Part shown: positions 43,758 to 52,938 of the stretch, in pieces
How positions within the stretch are numbered: position 1 is the first letter of the stretch
How the letters are laid out: the number at the start of each line of letters is the position of its first letter
Source of the DNA: a virus
Lineage: Duplodnaviria > Caudoviricetes
Virus record (IMG/VR): IMGVR_UViG_3300021400_000126
Span: 1 to 64,000 of that record
Length of the DNA stretch: 64,000 nucleotides
Reading direction: 5' to 3' (one strand)
Translations under genes and position numbers: made by a program
The notes under the pieces: model-generated
What the model was told of the DNA's origin: nothing
Database searches by the model: none
Seen by the model: the letters and a program-made list of their open reading frames with translations, nothing else

Positions 43758-44406
43758 TGTGGGGAAATATTTTCCCCACATTTTTCATTTTTGGTCCGGG
43801 CGGCCGATCCGCCCTAACCCCTCATTATAACATAAATAGCCGCTGCCTGTCAATCGTCAAACCGCACAAAATTCTTCTTAATTCTTTGTGCAATATTCCC
43901 CTATTGATTTTTATAAAAAATTATGATAAAATATATTTGAAGATAAGGAAAGAGCAACAAAATTGAATAGGGTGGTCGGCAGAGCATAATCGCCTATCGG
44001 TCACTTGAAAGACAGACAGCTCAAAAAAATCTTCAAAAAATTTAAAAAAACTCTTGACAAACTCAAAAGCCTATGGTATAATGAGTACAGAAAGAGAGAG
44101 GAGATGGAAAACATGAGAGACCCACCGATAAACCAATGTCGAACATAACGGAACTGTTGTAACGCACCCCATCCTGAAAAGAGGTGTTCAAATATGAAAT
44201 TGTTAAAATTTAAATATAGGCTCTAAGCGGAAGTCGCTCCGCTATAACAGAAATGGCGATAGGGAGCAAAAAGGGTGGCCACTGGCCATGGTCACCCTCC
44301 CGAAAAAAATTTAAAAAAACTCTTGACATTTTAAAAATAAAATGTTATAATCAATATGTAAGATAAAGAAAGGGCAAAGCCCCCAACAAGAAAGGATGTG
44401 CTAATT

Positions 44407-44760
44407 ATGACAAAGAGAGAAATGTTCGCAGAGATTCGTAAGGTAGTTATCGACAACGCAGAAATGGTAGCCTTCATTGACCACGAGGTTGAGTTACTGA
44501 ACCGCAAGAGCGGTGGAACTCGCAAGCCTACCAAGACTCAGCTTGAAAACGCACAGTTTAAGGCTGATATCCTCGCCGCTCTCGCTGAGGTTGGCAAGCC
44601 TGTAACCATTAAGGAACTGTGCGAGGTCTGCCCCACTGTCGCAGGTCTGACTAATCAGCGTATTACTCACATGCTGACTGACCTCCGCAAGGGCGGAGAG
44701 GTCACTCGGGAGTACATCAAGAGGGTTGCTTACTTCACGGTAGGCAACGAGGGAGAGTAA
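44407..44760 (+). CDS. winged-helix protein, MTKREMFAEIR family copy 2
   Basis: Near-identical N-terminus to 40596 and 45124. Confidence 0.8.
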   Translation: MTKREMFAEIRKVVIDNAEMVAFIDHEVELLNRKSGGTRKPTKTQLENAQFKADILAALAEVGKPVTIKELCEVCPTVAGLTNQRITHMLTDLRKGGEVTREYIKRVAYFTVGNEGE

Positions 44761-45123
44761 TCTCCCTCCCCCTCCTACATAAAGCACTCTTAGCTATGCT
44801 AAGGGTGCTTTTTTGTGTGCTCGGCCCGCCGACACTCGTGCCGGCGGGAAATTTCCATTATACCACACCCCGCACTTTTTGTCAATAGGAAAGTTGCACA
44901 AAGTTCTCGTTCAAAAATTCCCAAAATTAGTGCAATATTCCAACTTGATATTTTTAAAAAAATTTGTTATAATTATTATACAAGGTAAGGGAAATGAAAA
45001 GTAGCTACTAAAAAATTTCTCAAAAAAATTTAAAAAACCTATTGACAAAATAAAAATCTTATGATATAATAAATACATAAAGATAAAGAAAACAAATCTT
45101 ACAAAAGAAAGGAAGTATGTACT

Positions 45124-45465
45124 ATGACTAAGAGAGAAATGTTTGCTGAGATTCGTGCTATCGTTGTTGATAATGCTGAGATGGTTGCTTTTATTGACCA
45201 TGAGATTGAGTTACTCAATCGTAAGAGCAACGGTAAGAGAAAGCCTACAAAGAATCAGCTTGAAAATACTGCTTTTAAGGCTGACATTATCGCTCACCTT
45301 GCGGAGATTGGTACTCCTAAAACTATCAAGGAACTTCAGGCTGAAGTTGATGGTCTTGGCGAACTGACCAATCAGAGAGTCGCTAGGATGCTCACTGACC
45401 TTGTAAAGGAAGGTACTCTTAATAAGGAATACGTAAAGAGAGTTCCTTACTACTTCGCAGCTTAG
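45124..45465 (+). CDS. winged-helix protein, MTKREMFAEIR family copy 3
   Basis: As above; ends TAG TAA. Confidence 0.8.
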   Translation: MTKREMFAEIRAIVVDNAEMVAFIDHEIELLNRKSNGKRKPTKNQLENTAFKADIIAHLAEIGTPKTIKELQAEVDGLGELTNQRVARMLTDLVKEGTLNKEYVKRVPYYFAA

Positions 45466-45559
45466 TAATCATGGGGGAGTTAATCTCCCCTAATTTCCCC
45501 TTGACAACAGACAATAAAGTGTGCTATAATTTAATCAAACAATAGAAGGGAGATTAAAA

Positions 45560-45961
45560 ATGTACACAAATATCAATGGTAAAAATATCAATATTCCAGA
45601 TAAGGAAATTGATAAATTAATAACTGTTTTAAAAATTTCACATGATGAAGCGGTTCAGACTTGGTTAGAAGATGAAGGTTATCTTGAAAATCCCATAGTA
45701 GAAGAGTTAACACAAAAGGCAAAGGCAAACAAGATTAGCCGTGAAGCCAAATCAGATAAACCGCGAAAACCCACTAAAAGAGTGCGGAAACCCGATGAAG
45801 AAAAGGAAAAATTGATTGAAATTCTTTCAAATTCTTTGAAAAATGCGGGATTTGAGCCACAAATCACCAATAAAAGTAAGATTATTGAGTTAAATATTGG
45901 TGAAAATCATTACAAAATTGATTTAATTAAACAGAGAACAAGCAAAAAAGCAACAAAATAG
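45560..45961 (+). CDS. hypothetical early protein (paralog of 43059)
   Basis: Promoter at 45501, GGGAG RBS. Confidence 0.75.
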   Translation: MYTNINGKNINIPDKEIDKLITVLKISHDEAVQTWLEDEGYLENPIVEELTQKAKANKISREAKSDKPRKPTKRVRKPDEEKEKLIEILSNSLKNAGFEPQITNKSKIIELNIGENHYKIDLIKQRTSKKATK

Positions 45962-46146
45962 GCTGGTTTTTAAAAAATTAGCCTATTTTTTATTAAAATC
46001 AGATAAAATTCACCACTTTAACTCGCTAAAGCGCGCCCGGGCCCGCATTTTTTCGCACTTTTTTCAAAAAAACCCTTGACAATCAAATGAGTTAATGCTA
46101 TAATAGCATTGTAAACAAGAGAGAGAATAAGAAAGGAGCAGAAACC

Positions 46147-46404
46147 ATGAAAAACTTCTTTAGAATTGAGTCAGGCTACAAATTTGAATGGAATGATTTA
46201 AGATGCTTCATTACTGTTGTTAATGTTATCTTAATCATGATGTATGGTTTATCTATTGCTTGGTTTGGTCTTGGTGTTGCGGTGATTGGAGTTATCAAGG
46301 ATTTAACTACAGATAGACGCATTAACGGCTTAATCATGCATCTTGCAAATGTATCTTTAAATATTTACTTCTTATTGATTTATTACGGAAAAATAGTTTT
46401 ATAA
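46147..46404 (+). CDS. small multi-pass membrane protein
   Basis: Hydrophobic segments; promoter at 46076, AAGGAG RBS. Confidence 0.7.
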   Translation: MKNFFRIESGYKFEWNDLRCFITVVNVILIMMYGLSIAWFGLGVAVIGVIKDLTTDRRINGLIMHLANVSLNIYFLLIYYGKIVL

Positions 46405-46481
46405 AAATTTAAAAAACCTATTGACATCCGTATAGAGATGTGATATAATACAGACAGATAAGAAAGAAAGGGGTTTTGAAA

Positions 46482-46919
46482 ATGAGAATTTGTTTTGATA
46501 TGGATGGAACAATTGCAAATCTGTACGGTGTTGATGGTTGGCTCGACATGATTTTAGCACATGATGCAACTCCTTATGCACAGGCAAAGGTTCTGCTTAA
46601 CATGAACGTATTAGCAAAAATCCTTAATAAACTTCAGAAAAGAGGTTATGAAATCGGTATCATCAGCTGGCTTGCTAAAGGAAGTACCACAGATTATGAT
46701 GAAGCTGTTACAAGAGCAAAAAAGAAATGGCTTGCTCAGCATCTTAAAAGTGTTCAGTTTGATTTTATTAAGATTGTAGCTTATGGAACTGATAAAAACA
46801 TTGTAGCAACTGGTGAAACTGATATTCTTTTCGATGATGAGGAAAGAAATAGAAACGGTTGGAATGGGGTTGCTTATGATGTTGATAACATCATCGAAAT
46901 CCTTAAGGGTTTAAACTAG
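46482..46919 (+). CDS. HAD-superfamily phosphatase/nucleotidase
   Basis: FDMDGT motif I, ILFDD motif IV. Confidence 0.8.
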   Translation: MRICFDMDGTIANLYGVDGWLDMILAHDATPYAQAKVLLNMNVLAKILNKLQKRGYEIGIISWLAKGSTTDYDEAVTRAKKKWLAQHLKSVQFDFIKIVAYGTDKNIVATGETDILFDDEERNRNGWNGVAYDVDNIIEILKGLN

Positions 46920-47028
46920 ACCTTTGAGGATTCGGCCCGGCCCACCGCATAATTTTTTAAAAAAAGTATTGACAAATAAATAAATCTATAGTATAATTAA
47001 GACATCAAGAGAAAGGAAGGACATAAGA

Positions 47029-47721
47029 ATGAACGTATTAGTAATTGACACAGAAACCGCAAACTCCATTAATCAGCCTTTACCATACGATGTTGGTTAT
47101 GCTATTGTTGATACTGTAACTGGTGAAATTCTCACTCAGAAATCTTTTGTAGTTGCGGAAATCTTCCTTGATAAAGATTTAATGAACAGTGCTTATTTTG
47201 CTGAGAAAATTCCTAATTATTGGAAGGATTTAAAGAAAGGCTCACGAGTTATGAAATCCATCTGTAATATTAGGAAATCTATCTGCTCTGACATGAAAAA
47301 ATACAACGTGAAAAAAGTTGGTGCTTATAACATGGGCTTTGACAATAGAGCAACAAAAAATGACATTCGCTACATCAGCGGTTCATTAATTAAGTGGTTC
47401 TTCCCCTACGGAACAGAACTGTTCTGCATTTGGAACATGGCTTGTTCTTCTATTCTTAGCACCAAAGAATACATTGATTTTGCTATGAATAACAATTTTG
47501 TTTCAGAGTGCGGAAACATTCAGACTAGTGCGGAGATTGCCTACCGCTTCTTAACCAATGATGTTTCTTTTGAAGAAGACCACACAGGTTTAGAAGATGT
47601 TATGATTGAAATTGAAATCATGCTTGCAGTACTTCACTCTAATTTAGAGTATGATTCAAAAGTAAGTGGTGGCTGTTGGTGGAAAGTTCAGAAAGCTAAA
47701 AAAGAATTGTGTAGAGGTTGA
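47029..47721 (+). CDS. DEDDh 3'-5' exonuclease (paralog of 41918)
   Basis: VIDTET, AYNMGFD, HTGLED. Confidence 0.85.
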   Translation: MNVLVIDTETANSINQPLPYDVGYAIVDTVTGEILTQKSFVVAEIFLDKDLMNSAYFAEKIPNYWKDLKKGSRVMKSICNIRKSICSDMKKYNVKKVGAYNMGFDNRATKNDIRYISGSLIKWFFPYGTELFCIWNMACSSILSTKEYIDFAMNNNFVSECGNIQTSAEIAYRFLTNDVSFEEDHTGLEDVMIEIEIMLAVLHSNLEYDSKVSGGCWWKVQKAKKELCRG

Positions 47722-48421
47722 GCCTTTACGCAATTCGACCGGGCCAAAAAGTTGAAAAAACCTCTTGACAACCGCATTTTTCTATGATATAATACAGATA
47801 ACAAAAGAAAGGAGATAAAAACATGGATGAGATTGTAAGAGAAGATGCTTTAACTGAAGCACAGATTTTTGAAGATAGAGCCTATCACTATTTTCAAAAA
47901 TACAAGAATGAAACTGATGTAGATGAAATTGCTTACATTTTTTCAAAAGCCTTTAAGGATATGTTTTGGCGGATTGCAGAAGATTTTGAGGAGGAATAAA
48001 CATGAAAAAATTTTACTGTCCTGTGAATGGGTGGGATTGCCCTTACTTCAAGAAAGATGGTTCTTGTGCTATTGTTGACAAAGGCGAAAATCCTGTTTTA
48101 GAGTGTGATGATGCGGCAATGTTTTGGGAGGAGGATGATGATTACTTTGTAGAGGAATAAACCCCTCTACAAATCGCCCGGGCGCTCGTCATTTTGCACA
48201 AAAACTTTCTTATTTTTTGTGCAGTATTACCACTTGTATTTTTTTAAGAATCTGTTATAATTATAAGTGTCAAGGGGATGGAATAGTAAAGAATAAAGGA
48301 AGTTACTCCCCCTAAAAAATTTAAAAAAATTTTTTAAAACCCCTTGACAAACTTAAAACTCTATGATATAATAACAATGTAAACAAAAGAAAACACTAAA
48401 GAAAGAAATGAGGTATGTGTT

Positions 48422-48781
48422 ATGACAAAAATGACTTATGTACAGGCTATTGATTTTGCAGTTGAGATGATTCAGAACGGCGAAGCTAACTTCAACGGCT
48501 TTACGGCTTCGGAGTACATTGAGAAGCTCGATGCTCTCAAGGCTCAGTTGGCGAAGCGTGCGGTTCGCAAGCCTTCCAAGAATCAGCAGGCTAATGAGGG
48601 TGTAAAGAATGATATCCTTGATATCCTCTATGCTAACGAGGGTCTGCGTTGCGGTGATATTGCTGAGCCTCTTGGTATCAGCGGTCAGAAGTGTTCTGCT
48701 CTGCTTCGTCAGCTTGTAGATGCTGGCTTGGTTGAGAAGTATACTGAGAAGCGTGTTACTTACTTCAAGAGGGTTGCCTAG
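48422..48781 (+). CDS. winged-helix protein, diverged member of the same family
   Basis: RKPSKNQ..NE..K.DIL...CGDIA...SGQKCSALLRQLV..G.V.K; leader AAAGAAAGAAATGAGGTATGT shared with 40596. Confidence 0.78.
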   Translation: MTKMTYVQAIDFAVEMIQNGEANFNGFTASEYIEKLDALKAQLAKRAVRKPSKNQQANEGVKNDILDILYANEGLRCGDIAEPLGISGQKCSALLRQLVDAGLVEKYTEKRVTYFKRVA

Positions 48782-49031
48782 CAACCCTCCCCCTTGTGGG
48801 GCGCGCCCGGGTTAATTGGGGTTTTAAAATGGATTCTTCCTTACTGACCTGAATGTGTGACCGGGCCGCGCCCAACCGCGGCCCTCCGATTCTACCACAA
48901 AAATAGCTCAATGTCAAATTTTTTTCAAAAAAATTTGCACAAAATTTTTACCTAAAATCCCAAAATTTTTGTTTATTTTGCCATCTTGTGCAGCGGGACG
49001 CGTTATGGTATAATAATAGGGGGATGCATCT

Positions 49032-49169
49032 TGCTTCATCGCTTTAAAGTGCTAAAGTATGCCAAAACACTTCAATGGTTTAAACTTCTACACTTTAGCA
49101 CTTTAAAGTATTAAAGTAGGCAACGGCACTTCAACACACTAAAGTGTAGAAGTTTAAAGTCCTGAAGAA
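49032..49169. promoter_or_regulatory. array of YACTTTA-N6-TAAAGTR-like palindromes (HisR/YerC, TrpR-family-like)
   Basis: Sites at 49032, 49040, 49068, 49091, 49099, 49127, 49150; lone copy at 46014. Confidence 0.65.
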
Positions 49170-49417
49170 AGCCTCGCGAGCCCCATTGGCGCCATATGCG
49201 ATGGCCAGCCAGAACATGAACCAAACTAACGTATATGCATTGCGGCGCCAAAACTTCATCATATGGCCGCACTTCGTGAAACTTTACTTGAAAATTTTAA
49301 AAATTTTTTGTATAATTAAAAAAACGACTTTTTTAGGCAGCGGCTCCTTGACTTTTTAAAAATTTTTTGTTATAATATTTATATAATATGATATATATAA
49401 AAAAGGAGATATATTTT

Positions 49418-49855
49418 ATGGATTTATATGAAGCATTAAAATCTGGAGTTTCCGAGGATGAACTTTTAAAAGGTTTCAACAAAGATTTAACTGAAGCTAA
49501 AGAAAAAATTACAAAAGAAATTGAAAAAGAAAAAGCTGAGAAAGAAGCTCAAGCAGAAAAAGCTAGAAAAGCTCGTCTTGCAGAGTATCGACACGAGGTT
49601 GCCGCTGCATTGTGTGACTATCTTCGTTTTGGTTTAAATGTTTTAGACACAAATGAATATATTTCTCAAACAGAAAAGGAAATTGAAGATATTCTCAAAG
49701 AATTTGAGAAAAATTTAGATAATTTATCTTTCTTTATCAAGTGGTTTGACAAAAGCCTTGACAAAAACAAAAATAAAGAGTTTAAAATTCCTTTTAAATC
49801 TTGTACTCTCTTTGACGATGACCAAATTATAAAAGATTTTATTAAAACCCTTTAA
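49418..49855 (+). CDS. hypothetical coiled-coil protein
   Basis: Promoter at 49348, AAGGAG RBS before ATG 49418, hairpin TGATGGGGAAT/ATTCCCCATCA downstream. Confidence 0.7.
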   Translation: MDLYEALKSGVSEDELLKGFNKDLTEAKEKITKEIEKEKAEKEAQAEKARKARLAEYRHEVAAALCDYLRFGLNVLDTNEYISQTEKEIEDILKEFEKNLDNLSFFIKWFDKSLDKNKNKEFKIPFKSCTLFDDDQIIKDFIKTL

Positions 49856-49959
49856 TGTTATGATGGGGAATTTAAGTTTTTTAGATTCCCCATCAAAAGC
49901 AATCCTAAATGAAAACGATCGCTTTTTCAAAACTGGCAAGTGATTCTAGGTGTACTGGT

Positions 49960-51055
49960 TTTGCCACACCACATTCTCAATTTTCTACAATTTTTCTCGA
50001 TTTTCTACAATTTTTACCATTTTTAACAACTTTTAGTTATTTTTCCATTTTTAATCAATTTAATCATTCCTAATTAATTTTGTCATTCCTAACTAATTTC
50101 ATTATTTTTAATTTTTCAATATTCCCATTACCATTCTTAATAAAACTTTCATCCTTCTCAATAGAATTCATCATTCTCAATAAAAAATCCTCTTTTCCGC
50201 CATTTCTAATATATTCTTTGTTCTTTGTACTCTTAATATTATTTTCTACTCCACTCATTTTATTATTTTTACTACTCTCTAATATCTCCATTAACCTTAT
50301 TTCTATATTTATATAATTCTACTCACTTTATAACTATCCTATTCCCATACTTCATCAATTCTTATACTTCTCTTGAACTCGTTCATTATACACTAACACT
50401 CTCATAATATATATATTATATAACAATAGCAACACATAAATATTTACATAAAACATTAAATATTCATTAAATATTCATAAATATTTACATATTTCACAAA
50501 TATTCACTAAAATCTATAAATATTTACTAATTTTATAAATAATCCCTCATCAATAGAAACAACTCAAAAATCCCTCTCTCCTCTTCTCTTCTCCATTTTT
50601 TAATATTCCCAACCTTTCTATTTGCCAAAATTTTAAATAATTCTATCTATTCACACATATTTCTTCATTCCCTAAATTTTTCAAATGAATTTTCCTTTTC
50701 CCTCAAATTTTAAAATCGGTTTTTCAAATGTTCCTTACCAATCCCCGCAGTTTTCATTTCATTTTTCCAATCTTCCCCAATTTTAATTCCAATATCCCTA
50801 TTCCCTCATAAACTAGCCCCCATTCCACAGTAACTCGGAACAGAGCCCCATTTGGTTTGGCGAAGCCAAACCAAATAAAATAACCAATAGAAGTTAGTAA
50901 CCAATAAATTTTCATATATTATTTTCCCAATTTTTAATAATCCCACTGATTTTAGATAAATTGGTAAAGATAATAATATATATATTATCTTTACCAAAGT
51001 TGCCTATTTCAGTGGGTTTATTAGATTTTGGGAAATTTTCATATGAAATTTTATT
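49960..51055. other. candidate replication origin region
   Basis: About 1.1 kb without credible ORFs, nearly G-free on + strand, phased T-tracts, GCGAAGC hairpin, 150-bp imperfect palindrome. Confidence 0.45.
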
Positions 51056-51235
51056 AATTTAACAGATTTTCAAATGAATATTTTATTTAAAGATGCGGTT
51101 TCCCCTTATATCTTCTAATATTTTCCTTTATTCCTTCTTTTACCCATGAAAAACAAATAATTCCCATATCAATTAAAAATAATGAAACAAAAAACCAAAA
51201 TATAAAAAACAATATCAACATCAAAAATTTTAAAA

Positions 51236-52015
51236 TCATTTTTTCATTTTAACTCCATCAAAAAAACCATTTAACTATACATTCATTCCTAAACATTCAA
51301 AATAAGACCCAGCCCTACTTGAAATAAAAGCATTATTTTGCTCCAATAATCTTTTTACATCCCTAATTTGTTTATAACTTAATCCTGTAATATTAGCTAA
51401 ATCCGCATATGTAAAAGGCTGATTTTCTTCACATATTCTAATAGCTTCCCAAACTTTTAACAATTGCGGAATCTTATTAAAATTCTTATGATTTTCATCT
51501 GCAATTTTTTGACATTCCCGCATCATATTAATACTAATAGAATATTCTTTCTATACCCCTCTTTTTAAATATAAAATAATATAATCCTAATCCTAATGAC
51601 AAAAAATAGTTTTTCTTTCAACCAAAGACTAAATTACCTAATTTAAAATCTAAATATTTTTTTTAGTCTGTTTAATTCCCACATATTTCAATAACTATTT
51701 ACGGGAACCCCTATAAACTCCTTGCGGTGAAGCTGCTAAAGCTAAAAAAATAAAAAACTAATATTCTTCAAAACTTAAACTTTCAATAGTAATAGGAATA
51801 TCATCAATCTTCTAATTATATATTGTTAAAGCTCTTACATCATCTTCAAATATTTGATAATAATTTTTTCCATCTTTTCTACATTTAACAATATCAACCT
51901 TATATTTTTTCTTAATGGATGTGGCGGTTCGTGAAAAAGCCTTAACAATACTATTCTAACTATATCCAAATAATTCTGCAATCTATTTAGCAGTCATTAA
52001 GTCGCGGCGTTCCAT
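51236..52015 (-). CDS. multi-HTH DNA-binding protein, 259 aa with many in-frame TAG (possible initiator)
   Basis: GAGG RBS, ATG 52015 to TGA 51236; MTAK*IAELFGYS*NSI and TYADLANITGLSYKQIRD helix-turn-helix patterns. Confidence 0.72.
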
Positions 52016-52327
52016 GCTATTAAACCTCTCTTAAACTGGTACAAAAATGTTTTATATCTGAAAACCGCACATTTTTTCATTTCAGTTTCCATTTTCAATA
52101 CTCAAAGTTTTTCTATTTGCCTCTTGATAAGCAAAAATATCCCTTTCTCATATTTCTTTTCATCCCTCAAAATTTTCGCGGCAATTTAATTAAAATCAAT
52201 AAAAAATATTTTTCTTTTTTGGAACTCGATTTCGAAGGCTATTCTCGTTTCCTTCGGCAACCTGAAACCTTTTTATTCTAAGGAATTTTAAAATGATTTA
52301 TTGAAATATAAGATAAACATTTTCTCT

Positions 52328-52938
52328 TTAACAATTATAAATATCATCCGAGTCGTCATCTGTAACACTTATAATATCTCCATTATTTAATGTTTCATCA
52401 TCTGCTTCCCACTTCTTTTTAAATGCGGCTTCCAAGCTATTAACCGCGTCTGTACTGGCCTCTTTTAGTAACCCTCTATAATCAAAAATATCTTTAATCA
52501 CTTTTCGTCTCGCTTTTCTATTCATTTAATGCGGTTGCGCCGTCTTGCGGAGCTTCCTACCTCCTATCCGTACATTCATAATCAATTATTTTCATTTCTT
52601 CTTTTGGATAAATTTCCCCCATAATTTGCGGACGCCGCTGTCCATTTTTCCATATCATACTACAAGTACCTAGTTCATCAATTTTTACAACCTGCGACCG
52701 CCCGCAAAAATCATTCTTAGTGTGATATGGACACTGTTTCATTTTACATATCACTATCATGTTCTTTACTTACCAATATTACCCAAATATGCTCTCCCTC
52801 ATTATTTTCCATTTGTGCGATACCCACTGCATTTTCCATTGAATTAGCAATCTTTTCCGCTTCTTTCTCATTTACTATTGTTTCTTCAGGATAAAATATG
52901 TTAAATACTTTTGATAATTGTTCTTCATATTTTTCCAT
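52328..52938 (-). CDS. three small overlapping genes (52744..52938, 52557..52760 probably extended through TAG, 52328..52525)
   Basis: GGAGG RBS and - strand promoter near 52970-52999. Confidence 0.6.

Noticed and set aside
49047-49103. CIRCE (HrcA) element
   Set aside because: The AGTGCTAA and TTAGCACT half-sites are in the wrong order and about 40 bp apart instead of 9.
50070-50316. Track ORFs 50070..50291 (-) and 50080..50316 (+)
   Set aside because: Low-complexity products of the G-free tract, with no family motifs or operon context.
50438-50530. ArgR-box array
   Set aside because: The AAATATT(C/T)A copies match only part of the ARG box and are expected in G-free AT-rich DNA; noted only as part of the origin-like tract.
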